Source: Camelus dromedarius (Eukaryota). From it: a DNA stretch of 64,000 nucleotides. Position numbers and translations under genes: made by a program. Numbering within the stretch: position 1 is the first letter of the stretch; every line of letters starts with the position of its first letter. The notes beneath the pieces were generated by a model that was not told the DNA's origin, ran no database searches, and saw nothing but the letters and a program-made list of their open reading frames with translations. Shown in pieces: positions 30,790 to 42,059 of this stretch. Where the stretch lies: NCBI RefSeq assembly GCF_036321535.1, contig NC_087436.1, forward strand, positions 31,870,001 through 31,934,000, given 5' to 3'.

Positions 30790-31070
30790 CCGCAAGGCCT
30801 GGTGGAAGAGCACAGACTTTGGAGCTAGACATTTATAGTGAAGCTTGAATCCTACCTCAGTCACTTTCTGGCTGAGTATAACTTATGATGAGACAGTTAT
30901 TATCGGAAAAGGAAGGAAGAAAAGAAAGGGAAGCACTGTCTTCTGTAAATGCAGATAATAACTGCTTTGTAAGATTGCTGTGAGGACTAAATGAAATAAT
31001 GTTTGTAAAATGCTTAATACAGTACCTGTCATATAACAGATATTCAATCATAATAATCTATAATAATAAT
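30790..31070 (+). mobile_element. MIR SINE
   Basis: gtggaagagcacagactttggag...tgtgaggactaaatgaaataatg...acagtacctg. Confidence 0.7.
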
Positions 31071-31726
31071 AAAGGATTTTTTAAAAAACTGGGTTTGGAG
31101 GGCCTCTGCCTAAACTCCTTTTGTTTCTAATGTTTTGAAGTTAGTCTTAGTACTATTTTGTGCTAGTTTTACTTAAAAACATATATAGAAATATATATTA
31201 GATATGTATATATCTACAAATCAAATATATATACATTTAGGATAAATGCAGTACAAATAGTGATATGGAAGTATTTGGGCAACAATGCTTTTTGTAGCTC
31301 AATGAATGGTGGCAATAAATAAGAATTTGAATAATCTCTTGTAGGTAACTGTAAGTGACCTCCACTTGACCTGTAATTTGTATATTCCCACCAGCTCCTC
31401 TCCTAGTCTCCTCTTCACGACCACCAAGGAGAGCTAGAGGACCTTAGAGGAGGCTCAGAATAGTACTGCCTTGATTTTGGCAACATGCATATTGTTTCTT
31501 CAGCTAACTCAGCATGCTTGAGATCATTTTAACAGCATAGTGTTATCATGTGGTTTCAGTAGAAAAAGTCCCTATATAAAAATAGCACCTTCTTCCTCAG
31601 CATGTCTGCTCCTTTAATGAAAATAAGACTTTAGCTTAGACTGAGCCAACACAGCTATCAAGGAGGGAGCTAAAATCTCATCTGCTTCAAACACTGTTAG
31701 CCAAATTCACTAACCATGGTACTTAC

Positions 31727-31817
31727 AGCCGTTGACAATAAGAAAGACACTGCAGTAACAGACACAAACAATACAGGATAACTCATACCCAATACATGAT
31801 ACTTGAACAGCAGTTTC
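31727..31817 (-). pseudogene. TM4 exon remnant (91 nt)
   Basis: Acceptor ...cccattctag, donor T|GTAAGT. Open frame KLLFKYHVLGMSYPVLFVSVTAVSFLLSTA (class B/adhesion TM4 'YxxxGWGxPxxxV'). Confidence 0.6.
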
Positions 31818-32306
31818 CTAGAATGGGCCATCAGAGAATATGATCAATGAGAAGAGTCACAATTGCTCTGCAAGAATATTTACAGCAATATAAACAAACC
31901 AAGAAGGAGGAAAAAAGAGTCAGTACCACTCACAAATTTTTATCTGATCCAATTAAACAAACAAACACAAAAAAAGAGAGATGCACTAATATAATTCAAG
32001 CCATATGGCAACCTAGTAGGTTGCTTCTTCTTGGAGAATGGTGTTTCATTCATTCTACCAGCCTGCATTCTATCACAACATGTTCTATTTTGGCATTGGG
32101 AAACTTCTATGTGCATTACTGATATGAAAATAAAATATAGCAAAGGTAGTTTTATTTTATATTTTTAAGGAAAGACACAACTACACTTTAAAAATTAATC
32201 TGAAAAACGTAGGTCCAGAACCTATTCTTGGGCCATCAGTGTCCTCTCATATTGTCTTCAGAATCTGTTGCACATTAAGCCTAATGACTTGATTAATTAT
32301 ACTTAT

Positions 32307-32479
32307 CAGTGCTCTCTCAGAAAAGTGATGCCACAGTATGAAGTAGGTGTGGCTACAAACAAATATAGTTCTGCATCTGGCATATCAATAAGAGTTCCAT
32401 CATGGAATCCAGCACAGGCGATAACTGGAAGTATGTCCATCTTACGACCATCAGAAATTTCACTTTCAGTAAGTGAAAT
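32307..32479 (-). pseudogene. TM2-TM3 exon remnant
   Basis: Acceptor cttctgttctgaatag. Pieces KMDILPVIACAGFH...DAELYLFVAT / HTYFIL...ERAL. Donor appears decayed (G|ATAAGT). Confidence 0.4.
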
Positions 32480-33652
32480 CTATTCAGAACAGAAGAAATG
32501 TTACCAGGAGCTTAGTTTGTGCCCTAGAAGTTTCTAAGCTCTTTTATCAGGGGGAATACCGGAGAGCTGCAGTTTTATTTTATAATCCATTTCCCCAGAA
32601 ACCAGATCTTTCTTAACAGGAGACTGTTTCTTTTTTGCAAACCCTAAGATATCTTTAGCAAAAACACTTTGAAAGCTGTTTGAGGCTATCAGATACCTCT
32701 TATTTATTACAACAAACAGCTCTCTACAGCCTCATTTCCTTTGGTGTTACAGCAACCTTCATTCAGTGGCTGTCTGCAATGCTACCTGTGCAGTCCACAT
32801 CTATGTCTGATCGGCCCCTTTTTCTATTATTTGAAAGCAGTCCTAGAAGACGTTTACCTTGGTCAATTAAGAGAGACCACAGGGCCTTGTACACAGTAGG
32901 CATTCAGCAAATGTAGTTAGTTCCATGCGGCCTCCCTCCATCATTCCTCATCCCTTTTATCAGAAGGAAAATCTAGAATCAAATGACTTACAGGCTATAA
33001 GGGCATTACACAGTTTCCAGCACTATTTTCTTAGTTTGCAGCCAAAATAGATTTCAGAGGAACTATAGGTCAAACATATGGGTGGAACTATTCAGTGGGC
33101 CGTTTGAAGAACGAAGTCAAATTTGAGAAAATTTAGAAACCGGTGATATAAACTGGTGAAATCAAGAGGTTTGTAACGAAGTTATGAAAGTCAGCGAGTT
33201 TATTCAGAGGACATAAAAAAGAGAAGATAGATAAGAACAGAACCCCACATTTAATCATGGAAGGATGAATGGAGTTCTGGAAAGACAACAGGAAAAGCAG
33301 CCAATGAGTTAAGAAGAAAATGAATACTTACTTGTAATAGAAGCTATAAGAAGTGAATTCCAAACAAGGAGGTTAACTGTGTTAAAAGCTATAGAACATT
33401 CAACGAAGACAGGGTCCAAGAAGATATCATTGATGATTAGGAAGTAGCTAGTTAACCTACTTACTTGCTGCAGAAACCAGCTCTCAAGAAATAAATGAAT
33501 CCTGGAGAAGGAAGTGGAGGGGATAAGAAAAGTTACTCTTCAAGAGATCTGATGGTGGTGGGAAGAAGAGCATGAGTTTAGTATATCACGGGGTAGCAGA
33601 GCAGAAGTTTCCATGAGGTGTACATGCTAAGCCATGGCATCCGTACTATGAA

Positions 33653-34041
33653 TGTGGTAGATTGCAAAATGAGTACAAAATCCTTCCATCCTTGTATGCA
33701 TGCTGCTTTGCTCTGTGACTTTTGTAGCCTCTCCCATCAAGATATAGAGTCTATTTCTCCCCAGAATCTGGATTTGGCCAGGCTTTGGCCTCAGACTCAT
33801 TAGTAAACATGACAAAAATAGACGTTTGCATAATGGGGATCACTTTCTCTTGTCCACCATGTGAACAAGGATGAGAGATGACATGGAGAAAGGCCCCAGC
33901 TGTTCCAGCCCCAGTTGAACCTGCCCCAGAATAGGAAAATTGTCCAGTGAGTTAGAGAATAAGGAGTGATAAGAAATGTTTGTTGTTGTAAGCCACTGCA
34001 CTTTGGGATAGTTTGTTACACCACAAAAACCACCTGGTACA
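33653..34041 (+). mobile_element. MaLR LTR (MLT1G/H-like)
   Basis: tgtggtagattgcaaaatg...gttgtaagccactgcactttggg...ctggtaca. Confidence 0.7.
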
Positions 34042-34162
34042 GCAAGATATTTTCCTTTTCTACCTGTTCTCTGGACTAACTCAATTCTGAACCACTAGTA
34101 TGAAACCAGAGTGCTGAATGATGTCATCTGAGAAAACAAAGAAAAATAAAACATGCAAATAC

Positions 34163-34286
34163 CAGTAATTTTCTATCAGGCAATAAGATTCCAAAAAATC
34201 AAAAGCATCCAGAATACAGCTGTGAATTTAGGTAAGCACCAACGTAAAAGATGTCCAAATATCAAGGAAATTCCCTGCCACAGAGT
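34163..34286 (-). pseudogene. TM1 exon remnant
   Basis: YLDIFYVGAYLN then a shift to FTAVFWMLLIFWNLIA, ending ...RKLL|GTATTT. Compare aGPCR TM1 'LxIITYVGCxLS'. Confidence 0.55.
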
Positions 34287-34502
34287 CTATGTAATTTATT
34301 TATGGCAGAAGCCAAGGTCATTTCCAAACCTTTATATCATGACCTGCTGATAGAGAATTCTATAAAAATATGGTGGCAGTTTCAAAAAGATCGGTCATTT
34401 GATTTCTATGATAGTTACCAGTTCACACAAAGGTTATAGATGATATATTAGAAGCATTATTGGTTAAAGCAGAAAGACTAGAAACCAGCACATATGTGGG
34501 AC

Positions 34503-34673
34503 CTGGGGTTAAGAGTGGAAGCCACCATAGTGGTTACAGGCAGGAAACACAAGTATCACATCTTGTCCCAGGAAAGACTGCGGTGGTGCCCTGTATATTT
34601 CACCAACCCCTGAGGACATCTTGTGCCACTGCCCAGTAGCATAGCTGATGTTCACAGCAAGGTGTCAGAGCCA
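34503..34673 (-). pseudogene. GPS motif exon remnant
   Basis: LCYWAVAQDVLRGW*NIQGTTAVF then a 1-nt shift to LGQDVILVFPACNHYGGF (CNHYGGF at 34538-34518). Fits the GPS consensus C..W...W...GC...CxCxH..F. Confidence 0.65.
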
Positions 34674-34823
34674 TTAAGAAAATGTTAAACGATGTTCAAT
34701 ATACTCTGTTTAATAGGCCAAGAAGAATGGAATCCATTTTATTACAATTTCCATCAAAATAGCTCAATTTTCTAAAAGTTTGGTGCTTAAAGGGTCTAAA
34801 CTTCAGTTCAATGAAAAACTCAC

Positions 34824-34895
34824 TTCTTTGTGACAGTCCACTTTCTGACAATATAGATTGGTGAGGTATTAATTTAGACATAGTCATTTGGCGCT
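34824..34895 (-). pseudogene. 72-nt exon remnant, phase 1-1
   Basis: Acceptor ttctttag, donor AA|GTGAGT. Open frame ERQMTMSKLIPHQSILSESGLSQR, phase-compatible with its neighbours. Confidence 0.5.
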
Positions 34896-35689
34896 CTAAA
34901 GAATTCTAAGACTGTAACATGATGATTATTTCCAGAGACAGAAGTATTGTCCACCAAATGGAGAGTAGGCTAGTACTTTGTTCAAATTAGGAGATAGATG
35001 GTGATGCGGTTTTTTCAAGGTTTCTCTCTCTCTCTTCTTTTTTTTTTTTTTTTTTTTTTCAATGCCTGTCAGCATTCTGTGGTCTCCGCTATTTTTAGTT
35101 CACTAGATACTGTCATTAACCACTTTGCCTCTCCACTCAGCAGGCACTAGAGTGGCCCTTGGTCTTTCTTCACAATTTCAGGCTTTAGATCAGCCTCCGT
35201 AAAGAGTCTCTCTTTAGCAAGACTACATCTTAGACTACCAGACCTCCCCCATCTTTACCTGTGTTCCCTGAATATGGTATAATGGCATAATTATTGTCAT
35301 CACAGTTTTCATGACTGAAAACATTCACTGAGCACCAACATAGCGCATAGGAAACAATCAGTGGTTCTTCAGTCCTGTGTCCCACCTTCTGTTACATCAT
35401 CCAACAGGTCTAATTTAGGGGCCAAATTCCCACACCCCAGGCTAAAGGCACCCATCACCTTGGTCTCCAATCCAAGGGTCATTTTCCTGAGCTATAAGCT
35501 TTATGAACATAATATTCTCTTAGTGCTTTTATTATGTTCTCAAACTTTTCAGTCAATTATCTTACTGGTCTAATAGTCTCCCAAACCAGCTCTACTTGTT
35601 TTTGCCTTGGATAGAAGTGTTTCCAACTGCAATGTGGAGTGTTTTTAGAAAGCACAGACTTTGGTGGAAGAATTGAGTTCTAGTTCTAG

Positions 35690-36055
35690 TTCTAGCATAA
35701 GGATTATTTTGAGCTGATTATTTTTGAGAGACTGCAGACACAGGAGAAGCTCTGAAACACAGTAGAAGTTACCCTTTTATAAGGGATATTTATATTTATA
35801 AAAGAAGTCTCTATTGATAAGCATCACCCTCTCTGTACCAGAAAGAGGAGGACAACTCTAAATCAGAAGACACTCTTGTCAATGGAGAAGGTGCTGAGTT
35901 AAATCTGCATAGCAAGCTTACCTTTGTTTACTGTGCCTTTCCTGGTAACCTCCCATAACTGCCCCCCCACCCCAATCTTTCTTTTGTCCTTAGAGGAAGA
36001 TGATATTTAAACTGGTAGCTTGGACCACCTCTGGGAGTTAATCAGTTTCTCTTGG
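35690..36055 (+). mobile_element. MER34-like ERV1 LTR fragment
   Basis: gcataaggattattttgagctga...aaatctgcatagcaagcttacctttgtttac. Confidence 0.6.
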
Positions 36056-36169
36056 TGGGCTTTCTTTTTAGAGCTGCCTGCCTGCGAGACAAACTGGCCC
36101 TCTGCTCCAGCCTCCACACAGTACCCCACATGATCTGGAGGACCACAGAGTGAGAAGGAAGCCATTTAC

Positions 36170-36377
36170 CCTCCATTCAACACCTGGGTGAGTGTTCTGC
36201 AGATCCACTATGCTCCTTCCACGAGTCTCAAGGTTTAGACTTGAGGCAAAGGAGCAGAAGGCCTGATTTCAGTTGCAGTCCTATTCTCCAGTCTTCTTTC
36301 AGCAAGAAAGCAGATATTTGGATCCTAATGGACTCTGACAATTTCTAATTTGGCATATTAGAGATTGCAACAGCAAC
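36170..36377 (-). pseudogene. GAIN exon remnant (208 nt, phase 0-1)
   Basis: Acceptor cctgttcctgctagtttctcag, donor GG|GTAAAT. VAVAISNMPN*KLSESIRIQ matches the GAIN 'VxxxxI...xLxEPVxI' strand pattern. Confidence 0.6.
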
Positions 36378-36459
36378 CTGAGAAACTAGCAGGAACAGGA
36401 TTTAGCGTAACTTTTTGTCTTCTATTTCTTCTCACTGGTGCATAGTTATCATAGGAATA

Positions 36460-36625
36460 TTGTCAGGGGAGACCCTTACACCATGAAGTACTTGCAGTCC
36501 AACCTTCTTCATTTTATAGACAAAGAAAATGAGGCTCAGAGAGATTGAGTCACCCAAGCTCATTAGCATAGATGGTGGCTTGGAACCCAGCTGTCTTGAC
36601 TCCTGGTCCAGTGCTTTTGCCAGGG
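36460..36625 (-). mobile_element. MIR SINE
   Basis: cattttatagacaaagaaaatgaggctcagagag...gactcctggtccagtgc. Confidence 0.7.
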
Positions 36626-36787
36626 TACCTTGTTCCTATTCTTAGCAAAGTATAATTCAAAGCAGGTCTCGACTGATGGATGAAATACTCTGGACCCTCA
36701 CGTTAAGTTCCGACTCTTAACTCCTAGGTTTCCATCTTATGTTCAGCTTGGATCCAATTATTACTAGTTTCTGGTCCTCTTACCCAC

Positions 36788-36887
36788 CTGGTTATGAAGG
36801 ACTGCACACATCCTAAATCTGAGTATCCCCAACACATCTCTAGGCCTTAGGAGAACTGAGAGTCACAAAGCGCATTTCCTGAGTCTT
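36788..36887 (-). pseudogene. GAIN exon remnant (100 nt)
   Basis: Acceptor ttttgatttag, donor CAG|GTGGGT. Ends ...CAVLHNQ in phase 0, continuing into VAVAIS of the next exon. Confidence 0.5.
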
Positions 36888-36989
36888 CTAAATCAAAACC
36901 AACCTAATTTGGAAGTAAGGCTGGGTAGCTTTTGTGTAAGGCATGTGGGGTTGGTTCTAACATTCCAGGAACTTTATAGCATTAACACT

Positions 36990-37082
36990 TTTTCCATGGC
37001 TAAGCTCTATGGAGTTGTCTTATTCTTTCTTTTTTCAATGTTGAATGTCACAAATTTAGAGCCCCCTGGAATGCTGAAAGTA
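36990..37082 (-). pseudogene. GAIN subdomain B exon remnant (candidate)
   Basis: Acceptor ...gccatag. Pieces VLSAFQG / FVTFNIEKRK / DNSIELS across frameshifts (cf. GAIN 'DSIxLP'). Confidence 0.3.
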
Positions 37083-37280
37083 CTATGGCAATGATATTCC
37101 ACATCAGTATATAATTTTGTTTAATGATAAAATTAGGCAGAATTCTCATGAGAAATACACAAAACATATATATACAGGGCAATGGGTACAACTATAGGTG
37201 AATTTCCCAGCTATATACCATGAGTCTAAAGTCATGCATTTTCCAACCATTCCAACAAAGGCAGAAGGGAAATGCATTGC

Positions 37281-37381
37281 CTGTGCAGATTACAATTTGT
37301 ATCTCCACTTCCAACTCATGACAACTTGTGCTTGATGCCAGTTTATTGAGCAGCATCAACAGCAGCTGGGGCCCTCATTGT
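37281..37381 (-). pseudogene. GAIN subdomain A exon remnant
   Basis: Strong acceptor ctttccttcccttcag. GPQLLLMLLNKLASSTSCHELEVEIQIVICT. CAG|GC donor. Confidence 0.45.
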
Positions 37382-38042
37382 CTGAAGGGAAGGAAAGCCC
37401 CATGGACTGAGTAGGATGGGTGACTGGTCTCTGGAAGGCCCAGGTGATGCAGACTCTCAGAGTGTGCATGTGGGCATGTGTGTGTTTGGTGGGGGGAACA
37501 TGGTGGTAAGGCATGAAGGGGTGCTCTGAACTTCCCTCTATGTCCTGGCTTCCTGGAAGCTCTTAACTAGCAATAGCCACTTTCCAAAGAGAAATGACTG
37601 CTGCAGTCACAGTGCAGGGAAACTCCAGGGCAGAACCTTCAGTCTCCCCACCTGAACGTCTGCTGCTTTAAATGGCCTAATTAGAGATTAATTTCTTAAT
37701 GGGGATGGTGGGTTTTGAAACTATTCATCCATTTTGTTTGTAATCTCCCTTTTCACCCATTATCATTCCCAGCAGTTTAAGTTGAGGACCAGACAAATGC
37801 TATATTTTGTAAAAAAAGTTATGAACTTAGAAAAGCCACTACCCAATAGTAAGGCAAATGGAAAATCCTTTTGTCTCAGAGATGATAGAGTAAAGCAGTC
37901 AGTGATCTGTGCTCTGATTTGACCTACTGGGATAAAATCCTAGAGGAAGGAGCAATGAGATAGATTTGAAGAGAATTCCAAAAGTAGAGAGAGATTGTAC
38001 CCCACTCCTCAGGGCAGAAAACAGATTAATTGTAGAACTCAT

Positions 38043-38364
38043 CAGCGGGCAAGCTGTATTTCCAACTCCAGCTGTCAGATACCACCAGGCAGGGTGCTCC
38101 CCTGTGGCCGAGAAGCCTCAGTAGAGCAATGACAGCGGCGCAGTTTGTTGGAAAGGGCTAAGTAGTACCCTCCAGCTTCGATTCCAGTCAGCAGCCTGTA
38201 GCACCAGAAGTGCCCAGGAGTTCCCACCAGCCCTGGGGCTACAGAGTGTAGAAAATGGAGCAACTGGAGCATTTACCGGGAGGTGACCATGGTAGTAGCT
38301 CAGTGACCCTGGGACAAAGGGCTACAAGGCACACCACTCAGACTGGTCATAAGTTTAGAGCCCC
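38043..38364 (-). pseudogene. Hormone-receptor (HRM) domain / GAIN-A exon remnant
   Basis: Acceptor tcatcattctag. In one frame GALNL*PV*VVCLVALCP...PQGWWELLGTSG (HRM: WP...CP...GxW). Later LLY*GFSAT resembles the LYGGDL motif of latrophilin/BAI GAIN-A. Donor appears decayed (G|ATGAGT). Confidence 0.55.
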
Positions 38365-38445
38365 CTAGAATGATGAAAGTGCTGACTGACTCAGGATTCA
38401 CAGAGCCAGTGCCGCAGGCCCCGATCAGGCGAAGAGAACTGATTA

Positions 38446-38928
38446 TGTGGCAGGTGGCCTGCAAATTTAGCTGCTATCATTTCCTTTCTTATCTGTATCT
38501 ACAGAGACATGGAGTCTGTCTTCCTTTCCCTTGAATCTGGCTGACCCTGAACTACCGTGACCAACAACTGACTGTAGCTGTAGTGGGGCTCTGTCAGTAA
38601 GAAGCCCTAGCCTGGCAGCTTTTGCTTTTGTCCTCTTGGAAACTAGTGCCATGCTGTAAAGAAACCCAGGCTACACTCCTGAATGATGAGAGGACAGGAG
38701 GGAAAAGACTCTGGAAGATATAAAGGCCATCTTGGATGTTCCAGTCCCAACCAAGCTCTCAGCTGAATACAGCTACGTGAGTGACCTCAGCCACATGTGA
38801 AATTGCCCAGCTGAGCCCAGTCAATCCACAAATCATAAGACATAACTATGTTTTAATGATTAAAACGTTGTTGGTTTAAGTCACTAAGTTTTGAGGTGGT
38901 TGTCACACATCGTGAGATAATTGTGACA
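38446..38928 (+). mobile_element. MaLR LTR (MLT1G/H-like)
   Basis: tgtggcagg...tcccttgaatctggctg...gcccagctgagcccagtcaa...gtttaagtcactaagttttg. Confidence 0.75.
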
Positions 38929-38941
38929 AACACAAACTCAC

Positions 38942-39057
38942 AAGTCACAGATTCCATCAGTAGGGTCTAGCTCAGCCAGAAACAAGCCTGGTCCAGAACT
39001 TTGTAATACAAACAATAGAGGATCCAGAGAACCTTTGGGTCTGAGGCCCTCTATCCC
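38942..39057 (-). pseudogene. Candidate linker exon between TSP1 and HRM
   Basis: Good donor CTT|GTGAGT, weak acceptor. Pieces DRGPQTQ... and PTDGICD. Confidence 0.25.
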
Positions 39058-39135
39058 CTATATCCATGTGTGTGTGTGCCATTTTAGAAAGGAACAGAGA
39101 GAGAGAGAGACAGAGAGAGAAAGAAGTTGGAAAGG

Positions 39136-39578
39136 TGTGGTAGACAGAATAGTGGGCCCGGAAAGACGTCCACGTTCTAATCCTAGGAACCTGGGAAAAT
39201 TTACTTTCCACGGCAAAGGGAATGCAAATGGAAAGAAGGTTGCTAATCAGTTAACCTTAAAGTAGGGAGATGGTCTGGATTATCTGGGTGGAAGAAAAAG
39301 GCAGGGGAGTCAGGGCAGAGGGAAGAGATGGAAGAACTCCGCCCTCTGTTGCTGGCTTTAAAGGTGGAAGAAAAGGGCCCTACTCCAAAGAACACGGAAA
39401 GTGCAAGGAAATGGATTCTCCCCTGGAGCCTCCAGAAAGGAACACAGCCCAGCCGAGACCTTGATTTTAGCCTAATGAGACCCATTTCGGTCTTCTGGAC
39501 TTCAAGATAATAAACTTGTGTTGTTTTAAGCCACTAAATTTGGGTTAATTTCTTCAGCAGCAATAGAAAACTAATTCA
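39136..39578 (+). mobile_element. MLT1D-like MaLR LTR
   Basis: tgtggtagacagaat...gattctcccctggagcctccagaaaggaacacagccc...gcagcaatagaaaactaattca. Confidence 0.85.
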
Positions 39579-40037
39579 GGCAGCAAATTGTAAGTGACTG
39601 AATACTGGAATCTGAAACTGGGAAAAGACTAAAATGGCTTTAAATGGCAATTTTAAGATTTGTATTCCCCCACATCACCCAGGGTGGGGGAGGCTGGAAA
39701 AGTAAGATTAGATCATTCCTGGATGACAAAAAGCCACCTTTTGTTTTTCACACTCCTGAGTAGAGTGAGTTAAATTTGAGACCTTGTTGCACCTCTTGTT
39801 CTGTTAAAACCAAATCCCCTTGTAAGAGTCACATGGTAAATTTCTCCAAATGAATGAGTTTATCTGATTGCTTCTGAAAATAGGAATTGAGTCAGGGGAG
39901 GATGGAGGAAGTAGGGTCAAGGCTTGAGCACCCAGATTCCTGGGAGGGGGAATTGGTGAGGAGGGAAGATGGGTCCTGACTCAAGGGTGTGGGGGACACC
40001 CCCTGAACACATTGCTGTCCTTGAGCAGAATGGTTAC

Positions 40038-40265
40038 CAGTCCCACTCGACATTGCTCTTTACGAACAGTCTCAGCGGTGCCGTATACTCTGCATCGTGT
40101 GGCACTGAGTGCAGGTGGGAGTTCATTATGCCCAACAGCGAGACCAATCGCTTCATGTTATTTAGGGCTTTAACATCTCCGTTGCTTCTTTCTGCTGCAT
40201 TTCAGATACCTGTGGTTTCAGCTTTGTGACTGGAGTCCCACATTTCATCACTGGTCTCTGACCCT
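40038..40265 (-). pseudogene. TSP1 (thrombospondin type 1) exon remnant, 228 nt, phase 1-1
   Basis: Acceptor tctttattttag, donor G|GTAACC. One uninterrupted frame: GQRPVMKCGTPVTKLKPQVSEMQQKEATEMLKP*IT*SDWSRCWA**TPTCTQCHTMQSIRHR*DCS*RAMSSGT, containing WSxWSxC and RxRxxC motifs. Confidence 0.65.
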
Positions 40266-40421
40266 CTAAAATAAAGACCTTCTGAATCAAAAGTTAAGTT
40301 ATTTTTAATTTTTAAAATAAACTTTCTGTCACCATCACCACTGATCAGTATTCTTTACTCTCAAAATGATTCTTAACAGTACGATGTTAGAAACAACACT
40401 GAGTAAGCAAGAATGAAATAC

Positions 40422-40569
40422 CACGTTCTAAGCACGCAGCACACCACTGTAATAATTGCCACGGATTTATTGTTTCAAAGACATACAAATTCGTGGGGTA
40501 CTTTAAGGGCAACTACTCAGGTATCACGGATGCTCTGAAGTTCACTGTTAATTTAGTAGCAGTCCTTGT
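40422..40569 (-). pseudogene. C-type-lectin-like exon remnant (C-terminal part)
   Basis: Polypyrimidine tract with acceptor AG decayed to AA. Single frame DKDCY*INSELQSIRDT*VVALKVPHEFVC resembles the CTLD end (xDC...W...C-x5-FxC). Confidence 0.45.
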
Positions 40570-41033
40570 TTAGGATAGGGAGTAGGAAATAAAGCAGCGT
40601 TGGAGGAGGGAGGGAAATGAGAATCTAGTGATTGCTGAAGTCACAGGGAGACAGGATAAGGGTGAGGAAATCTGGGCTTCAGTCTAAACAGGTTGAAAGT
40701 CACTCTAACACTTTTGACTCTCAGAGGGTACTTTACTTACCCTCTTAGTAAGTCTACGTAAGAAAAAAAGGTGGAGGTGGGAATAATAGTGCCTGTATCA
40801 TAAGGTCAGTGTTTATGTTAATTCACATAAAGCACTTAGTTCTAGCAAGGCAGTAAATACTTGATGAATACTAGTGATTTTTACACAGAACCCAAAAGTT
40901 GAGAAATCAACATTTTTGCCAGACCACAAGTATTTTTCTCATTGATCGTCCATTTTTACTACGCATCAAGAATAAGGTCTAGGTCACTTTGATCCCCTCC
41001 TCACATGAGGTTGGTGTCCAGGTCTGCACATAC

Positions 41034-41241
41034 CTGGAGTCCCTGGAAACATGTGAGAAGACTAATGCTGCTTCCAAGTCCCCTTATCAGGTCTCCAATT
41101 CTGTTTCCCAATCCCTTCCCTTCCCCATGTGGTTCTAATATCAAAATATTTAGTCCATCTGTCCCAGAGGGGTTTGGACTTTCTCTTGATTTGTGCTTCT
41201 TGAAATAATATGCTCCCAAGGCACAGACTGTTCCTTCATCA
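41034..41241 (-). pseudogene. C-type-lectin-like exon remnant (middle part)
   Basis: Acceptor ccttttttag, donor CAG|GTATGT. Translates DEGTVCALGAYY... and in the terminal frame RTTWGREGIGKQNWRPD...FPGTP (W-x8-NWxP), phase 1 exit. Confidence 0.45.
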
Positions 41242-42059
41242 CTAAAAAAGGTCAAGCATTTATTAGTCTGTGTATAAACATGACAACAAAGGAGGCCTTG
41301 TAAAAATGGAATGTTCAGCTTGGATGGAACACAGAGGAGTTCCTCTTGGATCTGGCAAATTCCCTTGGATTTCATCTCTTTTCAATATACCACGTTAATG
41401 TCACTATTTCCTTCTGGATTCTCAAGCCTTACTTATAAATCCCCATGAACCCTTTGAGGTGTAAGTTTCTTCATTTATACAGCCTATAAGTGCAATTTCT
41501 TTTTCAATTCAAACACATTAACAGTTTCTTCTGATAAACGAATCACAGTACTATAAGTAGAAGGTGTGCTCTCCTGTGTGTCACACGACCACTTGTCACA
41601 AAAAGGGGAAATGACATTTCTTTGCTCACCAACAACCACTTCATACAAACGTTATTCTTATCCTCTTGGGAAGCACCCCATGGGAGCTCAACCTCTGATT
41701 TATTTTCTCCTTTAGATGTCCTCTTCAGACGATCTTAACCCAATACAGAGCTCTCCCTCTATCACCTTGGTGTTCATGTCCATTGTGACAGCCAACTGCC
41801 ATCTGCATTCGCCTATTCCCTTTCTTGAACCTTGATCCTTTCAGAAAATGTACATTATCTTTATAAAACACAGACTCTGATTCAATGGTATGCATAATCT
41901 AGGTTTAAAAACATCTTCAAATTTCCATATGGTTTCTTTATAAGCTGTTGTTGGTGCTGGGTTTTTTTTTGTTTGTTTGTTTGTTTTTTTTTAACAGAAA
42001 ATTATCTTGCTTTCCTACTCCAAGGAATGAAGAAGAGATGGATTCCATAATGAGACATT

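Noticed and set aside
41627..41838. Extra CUB/lectin exon (GIGECRW...ELCIGLRSSEE, donor TTG|GTGAGC)
   Set aside because: Position fits the gene model, but motif similarity is too weak to call without an alignment.
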